Shown: positions 1 through 11,295, counted from the first letter of the stretch. The stretch: DNA of 64,000 nucleotides from Octopus sinensis (GCF_006345805.1 NC_043006.1:67146001-67210000), one strand, 5' to 3'. The notes: a model not told the origin generated them from the letters alone. Translations and numbers: made by a program.

Positions 1-790
1 CATATATATTTATATATCTATACATATAAACGGAAACAGACGCGCACACACACACACATATATTGTATTGTGTATGTATGTATGTATGTATGTATGTATG
101 TATGTATGTATGTATATGTATCGGTATATAGATAAATATGTGCGTGAGACACTGTACATGAGTGTATGTGTGTATGCATGTATGTCTGTTCGTGTGTGAG
201 TGCATTAAATCTATGTTTCTTAAAGATGTTCTCTAATTCAGCGAATCTATATAACGTAAACACATTAGACAACACAAGCAGACGACAATCAGACGTTTAT
301 GGCAACTTAAAAAACCTGATTTCTGGCAAAGATGTCTCCTGTGTGTAGTTTCACTGTTGTTGTCTCTGGTAAAGTTTAGAGGCTATAAAGAATTTAGTTG
401 TTTGTTCGGAACACCAGCAACATTTCCATATTTCACAAAGACTACTCTAACGTAAATGATTTCTCTATACAAGTGGATTATAACTCTTATTCTTCAAATA
501 CACACATTCACACACACACGCACACACGCAAAAGCAAACAAACACACACAAACACACATAATGTGTTAGATACATATACGGAAAAATATGTATATGTATA
601 CATATAATTGTTTGTGTATTTGCACAAACACACAAATGTACACACACACACCTACACACAAACATAAATATATAACATATATGTATGTGTATATATACAT
701 ACATATATAAAAAAATATATATGTATACATACATCTATATACATATAAGTGTATATATATATACATATATATATGTTTGTATGCATGTAT

Positions 791-841
<51 letters not shown>

Positions 842-870
842 GTATATATATATATATATAGATATATATA

Positions 871-930
<60 letters not shown>

Positions 931-960
931 GTATATACATGTAGCACTTCCAGTGGTTTC
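1..960. repeat. Compound microsatellites (CA)n, (TATG)n, (TA)n
   Basis: Direct reading; the ORFs here translate to YI/HT/VC dipeptide runs. Confidence 0.9.
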
Positions 961-1138
961 ATAGCACCACGGGGACGTTTACTAAGTAGAGATATTTTGG
1001 GAAACTTTGAAACTACTGAAGGCCAGTGAACTACAAACGTCCGGTAAACATATTTCTTTAAAATAAAATGTAACCCCCTCTCTCTCTCTCTTTCACTCTC
1101 TGTATATATATACATGTGCATATATATATATATATTAT

Positions 1139-1186
<48 letters not shown>

Positions 1187-1536
1187 ATATACATATATAT
1201 ATATTTATAAGCGTATATTATTTTCATGAATTCTGAATTCCCTAACGATAAAATTTTACTATTCCGACGCACATGCGCCTACGTATAAATATTACTTTAT
1301 ATATTTATATATACATATTTATACATACATATTCACAAACACTCAACAGAGAGAGAAAGAGAGAGAAAGGGGTAAATAGAGTGGCTGTGTTGTAAGTAGC
1401 TTGCTAACCAACCACATGGTTCCGGGTTCAGTCCCACTGCGTGGCATCTTGGGCAAGTGTCTTCTGCTATAGCCCCGGGCCGACCAATGCCTTGTGAGTG
1501 GATTTGGTAGACAGAAACTGAAAGAAGCCTGTCGTA

Positions 1537-1581
<45 letters not shown>

Positions 1582-1707
1582 ACATCACAATCAAGGAATG
1601 GCCATAATAGGCCATTCACCCACTAGAAATAACAGCCAAAGCTTCAACCGCAAAATAACATTAATTCCGCAAACCAGGAGAAAATTAAAAAAACATTTAC
1701 CCTGTAA

Positions 1708-1811
1708 TTTCTTATACGATGCACCGTTTCATCTATTGTTTAATGGTAAACTAACCTGATTAAATAAATCAAGCCAATCTTCCATAGGCCCATAGATTCG
1801 TCAGTAAGAAA
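1708..1811 (-). ncRNA. Type I hammerhead ribozyme, copy 1
   Basis: Reverse complement reads tttctta-CTGACGA-atctat...atagat-GAAA-cggtgcatc-GTA-taagaaa. Confidence 0.9.
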
Positions 1812-2190
1812 CAGCCAGGTCCGAGCAGATATTATCACGAGGCATCTCTATCCCTGCCTCGGCAATATCTGACCTAAAATTTTCAAATCATCGCACTCGC
1901 GCCAAATTTATCGGCAGCAAATATAAGCCGCCGATTCCATTACGGAATTAACAAGAGAATTCATAATTAATCAATATAGGGTGGCAAAAAAATTCGTAGA
2001 ATTTATTTGCCACCAGCGGCCTAGTGGGAAAAAATTAAATAGTCATAGACCATTTATAAGTTCAACATCACAATCAAGGAATGGCCATAATAGGCCATTC
2101 ACCCACTAGAAATAACAGCCAAAGCTTCAACCGCAAAATAACATTAATTCCGCAAACCAGGAGAAAATTAAAAAAACATTTACCATGTAA

Positions 2191-2295
2191 TTTCTTATAC
2201 GATGCACCGTTTCATCTATTGTTTAATGGTAAACTAACCTGATTAAATTAAATCAAGCCAATCTTCCATAGGCCGATAGATTCGTCAGTAAGAAA
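2191..2295 (-). ncRNA. Type I hammerhead ribozyme, copy 2
   Basis: Same fold as copy 1; predicted cleavage sites are 483 nt apart. Confidence 0.9.
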
Positions 2296-2710
2296 CAGCC
2301 AGGTCCGAGCAGATATTATCACGAGGCATCTCTATCCCTGCCTCGGCAATATCTGACCTAAAATTTTCAAATCATCGCACTCGCGCCAAATTTATCGGCA
2401 GCAAATATATTTCTAGTGGGTGAATGGCCTATTATGGCCATTCCTTGATTGTGATGTTGAACTTATAAATGGTCTATGACTATTTAATTTTTTCCCACTA
2501 GGCCGCCGGTAGCAAATAAATTCTACGAAATTTTTTGCCACCCTATATTGATTAATTATGAATTTTCTGGTTAATTCCGTAATGGAATCGGCGGCTTATA
2601 TTTGCTGCCGATAAATTTGGCGCGAGTGCGATGATTTGAAAATTTTAGGTCAGATATTGCTGAGGCAGGGATAGAGATGCCTCGTGATAATATCTGCTCG
2701 GACCTGGCTG

Positions 2711-2815
2711 TTTCTTACTGACGAATCTATCGGCCTATGGAAGATTGGCTTGATTTAATTTAATCAGGTTAGTTTACCATTAAACAATAGATGAAACGGT
2801 GCATCGTATAAGAAA
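2711..2815 (+). ncRNA. Type I hammerhead ribozyme, copy 3
   Basis: Stem I tttctta(2711-17)/taagaaa(2809-15); CTGACGA 2718-24; stem II atctat(2725-30)/atagat(2787-92); GAAA 2793-96; stem III ACGG-tgca-TCGT; cleavage triplet GTA 2806-08. Confidence 0.92.
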
Positions 2816-3194
2816 TTACAGGGTAAATGTTTTTTTAATTTTCTCCTGGTTTGCGGAATTAATGTTATTTTGCGGTTGAAGCTTTGGCTGTTATTTCTAG
2901 TGGGTGAATGGCCTATTATGGCCATTCCTTGATTGTGATGTTGAACTTATAAATGGTCTATGACTATTTAATTTTTTCCCACTAGGCCGCTGGTGGCAAA
3001 TAAATTCTACGAAATTTTTTGCCACCCTATATTGATTAATTATGAATTTTCTGGTTAATTCCGTAATGGAATCGGCGGCTTATATTTGCTGCCGATAAAT
3101 TTGGCGCGAGTGCGATGATTTGAAAATTTTAGGTCAGATATTGCCGAGGCAGGGATAGAGATGCCTCGTGATAATATCTGCTCGGACCTGGCTG

Positions 3195-3299
3195 TTTCTT
3201 ACTGACGAATCTATGGGCCTATGGAAGATTGGCTTGATTTAATTTAATCAGGTTAGTTTACCATTAAACAATAGATGAAACGGTGCATCGTATAAGAAA
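3195..3299 (+). ncRNA. Type I hammerhead ribozyme, copy 4
   Basis: Same fold; GTA 3290-92, 484 nt downstream of the copy 3 site. Confidence 0.92.
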
Positions 3300-3877
3300 T
3301 TACAGGGTAAATGTTTTTTTAATTTTCTCCTGGTTTGCGGAATTAATGTTATTTTGCGGTTGAAGCTTTGGTGTTATTTCTAGTGGTTGAATGGCCTATC
3401 AGGCCATCCTTGATTGTGCTGTTGACTTATAAATGGTCTATGACTATTTAATTTTTTTCCCAATAGGCCGCGGTGCAAATTAAAATAAATTCTACGAAAT
3501 TTGTTGCCACCCTATATGATAATTATATATAATCCTATATAATATATATATGTATATGTATGTGAGGTTGTGATTTGTGTAAATGGTGTTTGTCCCTTCC
3601 TAGCGTGGTTGACAGCCGATGCTGGTGTGTTACCGTCCCCGTCAGTTAGCGGTTCGGCAAAAGAGGACCGATAGAATTAAGTAATAGGCTACAAAGAATA
3701 AGTCTCGGGGTCGATTTGCTCGATAAAGGCTGGTGCTACAGCATGGCCTCAGTCAAATGACTGAAACAAGTAAAAAAAAAATTTTTTTGTAAAAGAGAGT
3801 AACAGATACACATGTATATCTTTACGTATTTATATCAAAATTATGCTGCGGTTATGTTCGATTATAACAACGTATAA

Positions 3878-4026
3878 GTGTGGCTGTGTGGTAAGTGGCT
3901 TGCTTACCAACCTCATAGTTCACTCCAACTGCGTGCCACCTTGGGCATTTGTCTTCTCGTATAGTCTCGAGTAGACCAAACGATTGTGAGTGGATTTGGT
4001 AGTCGGAAACTGAAAGAAGCCCGTCG

Positions 4027-4098
<72 letters not shown>

Positions 4099-4285
4099 CT
4101 GTCTTTGTCCTTCCACCGTCGCTTGACAACCGATGCTGGTGTGTTTAAGTTCCCTTAACTTAGCGGTGGTTCGGCAAAGAGACCGATAGGCTTACAAACA
4201 ATAAGTTCTAGGATTGATTTGTTCGACTACAACGTGGTGCTACAGCATGGGCGTAGCCAAATAACTGAAATAAATTAAAAGAAAA
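3878..4285 (+). mobile_element. SINE with tRNA-like head and internal (TA)/(TG) microsatellite
   Basis: tggctgtgtggtaagtggcttgc head, ttgggca core, internal microsatellite, 3' half ending actgaaataaattaaaagaaaa. Confidence 0.8.
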
Positions 4286-4377
4286 AAGAATATAAAAAAG
4301 AATCTGTTTTGTTTATAGCATAAATATAATCGTGTTTATTTGATAGATGAATATTACATTGGTTATGTGTGTATGTA

Positions 4378-4426
<49 letters not shown>

Positions 4427-4511
4427 CTAGATATATATTATAGATAGATTATATATATATATATATATATCTAGATAATATTTATATATAGATAGATATA
4501 TAGATAGATAT

Positions 4512-4551
<40 letters not shown>

Positions 4552-4934
4552 TTTCTTTATTAGCCACACAGGGCTGCACACAGATAGAACAAATTACAAG
4601 GTAGAGCTTTTCTTTTGAAGGTATTAAAAAAAAAAAAAAAAAAAGGAAGGGGGAGGTTCGATCAAAAGGGATCGTAAAAGGAGAGAAAGGGGACAAAAAA
4701 AAGGGGGGTTAAAAAAAAAAAAAAAGGGGGGGGAAAAAAATGATCAATAGGGATCGTTATCACAGAAATGTCAATATGAAGTGTAAGGGGAGGACAGGTG
4801 AGGTTTACCCGTGGAAAGAAAGCCTACGGAAAAGACCACGGTAACCTCGGTCAATGAAGTCACATTTTATATTTCTTTTTTTTTTTTTTTTTTTTTTTTG
4901 CAAATAAGCAACTCTCTGTTTTCGATTTCTGGGT

Positions 4935-7900
4935 TCATAGGACTATGCTCAAGGTGGCTTCGTCATTCATACGTGCCATTCTTGCTACATTCACCCATCT
5001 TTTTTTAAAACATTCGCTAGACAAAACTTGCCTCTCTACTCTCACTTTCCTTTTCAAGTGGTACTTGAAGAAGTTGATGAGAGATTGACCAGAGAGGAAA
5101 GTGTTTGTCTCCAATCCTTTCAGACGCGTCCACCAGATACATTCTTTCGCCATAGCCACAAGGATGATGAAAATAGCTCTTCCTTCCCGTTTGAAGGAAG
5201 GAGGCGTGACAATATTGACGATAGACTCAGCTGATAAACCGACTCGTCCCACACGTGACAGCAGTTGTTCGACATAAGCCCACAGGTCGGAAATTGTTGG
5301 ACACTGAACGAGTGCGTGCAGAACGGTTTCGTCGCTCTGACCGCATCTCGGCAGGTCGGCCCCGTGTTTCTCGAGCCGTGTCTGTAGAGCTTATCCCGAA
5401 CGGGTAGCGCTTCTCGGTAGCACTGCCAGGCCAGGGATCTCTGGAAGTTGTCCATGGGCCCTGGCCCGAAAGTCGTCCCGAACAGGCGGGTCAGGTACTC
5501 CTCGTCGACGTCCAGGTTCGCCCCGAGCTCGTCGTCGTACCTCCCCTCCACTAAACCCCTATAGAATGCTTTGGTTGTGTTGAAGTCACTTAAGGTCGAC
5601 CCAGGACGGCAGAGTTGCTTGAGAGCAACGCGACACTCGCGGTGCCATTCGCCCTTCCTCGGCCTCTTTTTGATCCACGACTGCAGTTCGGTCATGGAGA
5701 CGAGCTGCGGAAAGCGTGCCTCACAAACGGCGACCACACCTGTTCACCGTCGTCTACATAGAGCCAGAGATGTCGCAGTCTCAGCGCGTGTCTGCGCATC
5801 ATCAACCACGGCATGCCCAGCCCTCCTTTTAACGGGTGTTGACAGCAAATGGATCGCCTGACCATCGGGACGCATCCTTTCCACAAGAAGCGAAAGAGGA
5901 TGCGTTGTAGTTTGTGATGTGATGGTAGGGTCGGGACAAGGTACGACGGTCAGGCGGTAGTAGATGACGGACGCGATGTACGTGTTCGCCACCTCCGCTC
6001 GACCTTTTAGGGACAGTTTCCTCTCGGCCCATTGCCGGGCGAGAGTGACCACCCTACTCGTTATCTCGTTCCAGTTCTTCTCCACTTGGAGGTCCGGACC
6101 AAACCAGACCCCGAGCAACTCAACCGGGCCGTCGGTCCAGCGTCCCACGACGGAGGCGCTGGTGGACGGCATGGGCTTGCTTCTCCAGGTGCCTAGTCGC
6201 AAGCCCACTGACTTTTCCGGTTGATTTTCGCTCCTGTCACCGCTTCGTAGTTTTTCAGTGTCTCGCCGACCAGCTCGATGTGCTCGTGGCTAGACACTAT
6301 GACGGTGACGTCGTCCGCGTATGCAGACACGCTCGTCCCGCATCCCAATTCTCGCGGGATGCCCCTTAGAGTCGCCAGCTTCCGCAGTAGTGGCTCAAGA
6401 GTCAATACGTATAGAAGCGCCGAGAGGGGGCATCCCTGACGGACCGAACGTGCAATGTCGAAAGGTCTCGATAGATGTCCATTTACGCGAATTACCGAAC
6501 GGATGCCTCTGTACAAGGCAGCTATCCAGCCGCGGAAGACGGGACCGAAACCAGCCGCTCTCAGGACTGCCTCCAAGTATCGATGGTCTACCCTATCAAA
6601 GGCTTTTGATTGATCCAAGTTGATCAGGGCCCCACCCATGCCAGGTTCGTTAACTACCCTGTCTATGATGTAGCGCATCAGATGGAGGTTGTCATGGATG
6701 GTCCGGCCTGGCACGGCGCATGTTTGCGCCTTGTCGACCAGTTTCTCGATGACAAGCGCCAACCTCTTGGCTAGCACCTTGGCCAAAATTTTCAAGTCTG
6801 CATTAAGCAGAGTGATGGGCCTAAAGTTATCTATTACATTTCCCTTGTTTAGATCTTTCTTCAGCAGTGTTACGGCTCCTCGGCTCACAAAACCAGGAAT
6901 GCTCCCGTTTTGCTGCCAGTTGCAGTACACCGCCGCCAAGAGATCTCCAAACAAGTCTGGCATACAATTGTAAAGCTCGTAGGGTAGACCATCCAAACCC
7001 GGTGATTTGTCCCTCGAGCATTCTGCCATCGCTTCCCGCACTTCCGCCGCCGTGATGGCACCTTCGCAGCACCCTGCCTTTCTTGTCGAGAGTCGTGGTA
7101 GGCTATGTAGGTAGGCACTGAAGTCCACCCTACGTTCTTGCCCTCCACTCGTTCCGAACAGTCGGGCAAAATGCTGCTGAAAGGCCTCACACATTTTACT
7201 TGGCTCGAGCAATTCGCGCCCTGTTCATCTACCAGTGACCGAATGGTGGCTTTGTTGCCCTGTTGCGCCTCTGCCACCCGGGCCTCTCTCGCGGCTCCAA
7301 CACCTTCGTTCCTTAGAGCACGCATCCTAGCTCTGACAGCACATCCTTCGTGTTTGGCGTTGAAGTGTTGGTCGAGGGCCAACCTCGCCGCCAAAACGTC
7401 GGATGCGATGCCGCTTCTAATTGCCTCTTCTAGCTTCTTAACTAGCTCACCCTCTACTCTATTTCTATCTATGGCTAGTGCTTTGCTGTACCTAATCGCT
7501 TCTGCTTTTACTGCTCTCTTGAGGGCAAACCACCATTTGTTGTTGATGATGGCTCCCGTCAAAGCCCTCTTTACTAGTGTGCTAATCCGGTCTCTGAAAA
7601 CTTGTCTCGATGGGAAAGACGCGTTTAGTTTCCAGTATCCGGGACCCTGCCTAAGTGTCTTACCTAAGTCTAGCGTACATGTCACAAGTTTGTGATCCGT
7701 GTAGCTGACTATGTGGAATTGTGGACATCCTATGCTATCTCTATCTACTGTCCTACACAGTATCCTATCTAGATACGATCTCGACGACCCGATGCGGTTG
7801 CTCCATGTCCACGTTGGCGCATTCGGGTGGTCTAGTCGAACCTGTCAGACAGTTGAAAGCGTCTGAGCAGGTCTCTGAGGCATTTGCATCCCCGTCTATT

Positions 7901-8370
7901 CCTATCTCTACCCACGTAGTCTACATGCGTGTCCAAGGTAGCATTCCAATCCCCCACTAAGAGTAAAGGACGAGACGTTCCCAAGAAAACTTCTAGACGT
8001 TGAAAGAAATCCGCCCGACCTGTTAAGGGCGGTGCGTAAACTGATACGAGCGAAAAGCGCACCCATTGCTGCCGTCGACATCCAGGACGACCAGTCTACC
8101 CTCCGGGTCTACGAATATTGTCCTTACATTGAGATCCAGACTCTTGTGAAAAAGTACCGCGGTGCCACTACCGCCCATTCTCGGCAGACAGGGGGAAAAA
8201 TAAATGTTGAACTGTCCGCCAAACATGGTCTTTAGGGCCCGCGGATTGTGGAGTCTGGTCTCGCTTATGGCTATGATTTCTAACTTATGTGACTTTATGT
8301 CATTTAAGAGGTACCCTTGTTTCCAAGGGGACCCCAAGCCACGCGCATTTACACAACCAATCTTGATCAT
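4935..8370 (-). pseudogene. Tx1-like ORF2 (APE endonuclease, RT, C-terminal Zn motif), about 6 frameshifts
   Basis: MIKIGCVNARGL..AISET, GDWNA and TDHKLV (APE); KSPGLDGLPYE, FRPITLLNADLKILAKVLA, LDQSKAFDRVDH, RQGCPLS and YADD (RT); segments 8370-8023, 8062-7832, 7685-6885, 7212-6193, 6208-5744, 5737-5120, 5252-4935. Confidence 0.9.
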
Positions 8371-8401
8371 AGTTCTAATGAATTAGAATACAGAGGGTTA
8401 C

Positions 8402-10398
8402 TTACTGCTCGAAAGTTTTTGCTTTCTCCTCCGTTGGTTTGTCCTCGAGAAGATCCCAGTACAGTTTCTTTGTGAGATATTTTTGGCATTTACCAACCGC
8501 ACTGGGGAAAATGCCTTTGAGTGTGTGGTGCAGACTTTTGGAGATGTGTATTATTTTGATGTGGTCTGGTGGTGTTGTGTATGGGTGGTTGTTTGTTTTT
8601 ATGTCATCTTCTGTTATGTTTGTTTTTGATTGGATGTATTCCATCAAATTGTGTTTTTGTTTTGGTGTCTATGGCTGTGAGCATGTTTGCTGTATATGTT
8701 TTGTGGTGTTGGTGTGGCTGTTGTTTGCGTTGGGTTTTGAAATGTCTTCGGGAGATGTATTTCCCCCTGCTTTGTTCGTGTTTGCATTTGGTTTGGTTGT
8801 GTTTCTGCTCTTTATTTTCCTTCTTTTTGTAGCTATTTGCCATTCCTCACTGGTTTCGTCTTCCGACGAAATTTCTGAGGAATCAGAAGGGGGTAGGGGT
8901 ATGTTGTGGGTCTATGTATGTCTGTGTAAGTGGTTGTGTTGTTGTTTTCGTTGTTGTTGGTTGTTGAGTGTTTGTGTGTGTTGAGTGCGGTATAAGGGAT
9001 GGGGGATCAGTTTGTGGTGTTTTCTTTGTTTTTCTGTTCCTTTGGGTTTTGTTGATGTTGATGGTGTGTGGTATTTTTCCAGGTGTCGAGTGGTTTTTGG
9101 TTGATGACGGATTAGCTTGGTGTGCTTCTCTTGTCGTCTTCTGTGTTGATGGTGGTGTGGGTAGTAGAGCTTTTTTTTCCGGAGTGCTTTGGTTGTGGTA
9201 GTGGTTGTTGTTGTTGCTCTTGGTGTGCAGTGGTTGGGCACGTCTTTTCAAGTGTGTTTCGCTTCCACACAAATAGCAGCGTGGTCGCCTGCCCTCTACC
9301 ACTATATAGAGTTTGTAGCCTCCTGGCAGTTCTATAGCGGTGGGTATCTTCTCTCTTGCTGCTTCATCCAATTGAAGCAGGAATTCGATTGATTTGCCCA
9401 CATAGTCTTTCTCTCCTAGAACCGCGATTTCCAGGATGTTTGTCTCTGACATTGTCTCTGACATTTCAAAGCAGATGGCAGAGACCACCCATTGTGTTTC
9501 GACATCAAATGGTATGTTTTTTATTTGGACTTTCGTGACCCTTTTGTTTAAATAGACTGGTATCATTACCAAGTCGTCCGAATGTAGCTCCAATGTGGAA
9601 AAACGTTTTGCTAAACTTTCGTTGAGGAAACGTACTTGGACTGTACCAAATTTGTTTCCCCAACTGATATATTCCTTGGAGTCCCATACAGGACGAAGGC
9701 ATTTATCGATTTTTTCCTGCGGTGCATTTTCTGTTCTTGTTTTTTTGTTTATTACTTTATAAATTATTGTTTTTTTTTGCGTGTTTTCCACGATGTGTTG
9801 TGGAATATGAAGGTGCAATTTGTCTCCTTCTTTGGAGAAGAGTGCCTTTGTGCGGTTTATCTCTTGTGTGGTGAATGTTACAATTGTTCTTTTTTGTTTT
9901 GTTACGTCCGCAAAATTCGTTTTGAATTTGGCAGTAGAAGTGTTAATTGTGGCAGTGTTAATTGAAGTCATGGTAGTGGTGTTGGTGTTGGCGGTATTAG
10001 CAGCAGAAGGCTTGGATGTAGCATTTGACGTCGTAGTAGTGGTGTTGGTGTTGGCGGTGTGTGTCTTTGGTAGGCGGCTTTGTGCCAATTTCGTGTTGTG
10101 TTGTTGGTGGTGATGGTGGTGGTGCTGGCATTCATGTTTTCGTTGTATTCATTTTTGAAATCCCTTTCTCTGTCCCTTTATCATCAACAAGTGGTGTGGG
10201 GAGTGAGGGGAAATCTAAGTTAATGTCTTTGGTCGCGGCGATGGTGAATGCGACGTTAGATTTGTTGTTGTTGTTGGTGGTGGTGGTGATGGTGGTGACA
10301 GCGGTGTTCACGCTGCGATGTTAGCAGCTAGTGGTAGCAATAGTGTTTGCTACCGTTCTGCATGACTGGCGGGCTAGCCACGTGGTTCTAGTTGCCAT
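8402..10398 (-). pseudogene. Tx1-like ORF1, frameshifted: Thr/Asn-rich N-terminus, RRM-like core, gag-type Zn knuckle
   Basis: ORF 8883-10088 has VTKVQIKNIPFDV and RPRCYLCGSETHLKRR (Cx2Cx4H, last Cys lost at a frameshift); C-terminal piece 8402-8647; probable start ATG at 10398 (inferred). Confidence 0.7.
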
Positions 10399-10634
10399 TT
10401 TCAAAATGAAAAATGGCTAAAAAACCCACGAAAGTTTTGAAAGTTGTTTTTTGTAATTTCGCCCATACAGGGGCGGAATTCTACGTGAATAATTCTCAGG
10501 TTTTTTAGTGAATGAATTTGCACAACGAATTAAAACAAAAATATTTGACAACAAGGAGTTTTTTAAACATGTAAAAGTGGCCAACATTCAGATAGATAGA
10601 TAGATATGAGAGCTAGATAGATGTAGATAGATAG

Positions 10635-10684
<50 letters not shown>

Positions 10685-11127
10685 GATATGTATGTATGTA
10701 TATTTGTTCTTAGTCAGACAAACCTGATGTTATATTCTTGTTTCATTGGATTTGTGTACCATGTACTCCGTTTTTGCTTTGTTGCAGTACACATTCACAT
10801 AGCTCCTTACAAAGAAATCAATGCTCCTAGATTTGACTTTGGGGGTGGGGAGACAACCAGAATGAACTGTCTCGAGCATAACTGTCCGGAACAGTAAGAC
10901 TTTTGTATACTTGACTGATGAAAGAAGGCACGAAGACCACCTTTTTTTTTTTCTTGTCCTCCAATTGTGTTTCTCCTGGTCCGCCTTTGTATGTCATCTT
11001 CGGATGTTTATTCTTATGCGTTTTTGTTTTTATTTTTTCTGTATATATATATATGCGATGGCTGTATGTCATGTATGTATGTATGGATGGATGGATGGAT
11101 GATGGATGGATGGATGGATGGATGGAT

Positions 11128-11295
11128 TGATGTATACGATGATCTTCATTCAGTTTCCGCCTACCGAATCTACTCCCAAGACTTCGGTCAGCCCGTTACT
11201 TTAGTAGAAGACAATTGCCAAACGTGCCGCGCAGTGGATCGAAACCCAGAACAATGTGGTTGCGGAGCAGCCCTCTCACCCCATAGCCACACCTC
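11128..11295 (-). mobile_element. SINE 5' half, degenerate
   Basis: ttcagtttccgcctaccgaatctac...gaaacccagaacaatgtgg...ccatagccac is the reverse complement of the SINE head. Confidence 0.65.

Larger units (their letters stand above)
1580..3520. mobile_element. Retrozyme-like array of 483/484-bp hammerhead-bearing units in two divergent arms (1580-2407 minus-sense, 2408-~3520 plus-sense)
   Basis: Unit starts at 1580 and 2063; reverse-complement units start at 2408, 2892 and 3375; each full unit has a complete hammerhead; no ORF of 60 aa or more; both ends abut (TA)n. Confidence 0.85.
1381..3785 (+). mobile_element. tRNA-head SINE split by an insertion in its internal microsatellite (5' half 1381-1540, 3' half ~3580-3785)
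   Basis: 5' half gtggctgtgttgtaagtagcttgc...ggttccgggttcagtccc...gaaagaagcctgtcg and 3' half gtgtttgtccc...gatgctggtgtg...gactgaaacaagtaaaa match the two halves of the intact copy at 3878-4285. Confidence 0.8.
4551..10590 (-). mobile_element. Full-length (~6.0 kb) Tx1/L1-group LINE inside a (GATA)n tract
   Basis: ~190-nt 5' UTR, ORF1, APE-RT ORF2, 3' UTR ending ggctaataaagaaac; (GATA)n on both flanks (~4490-4550 and 10591-10683). Confidence 0.9.

Noticed and set aside
1580-2062. A second ribozyme on the opposite strand of the monomer (ambisense, viroid-like)
   Set aside because: No CUGANGA core found by eye on that strand. Other ribozyme classes would need covariance-model searches.
1580-3520. 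CRISPR array or plain centromeric satellite interpretation
   Set aside because: Units are contiguous with no unique spacers and there are no cas genes; the intact hammerhead in each unit and the low copy number favour a retrozyme-like element.
5028-10324. Plus-strand ORFs (e.g. 7138-7695, 8439-8984) as separate genes
   Set aside because: They are antisense shadows of LINE ORF1/ORF2 with no recognisable motifs.
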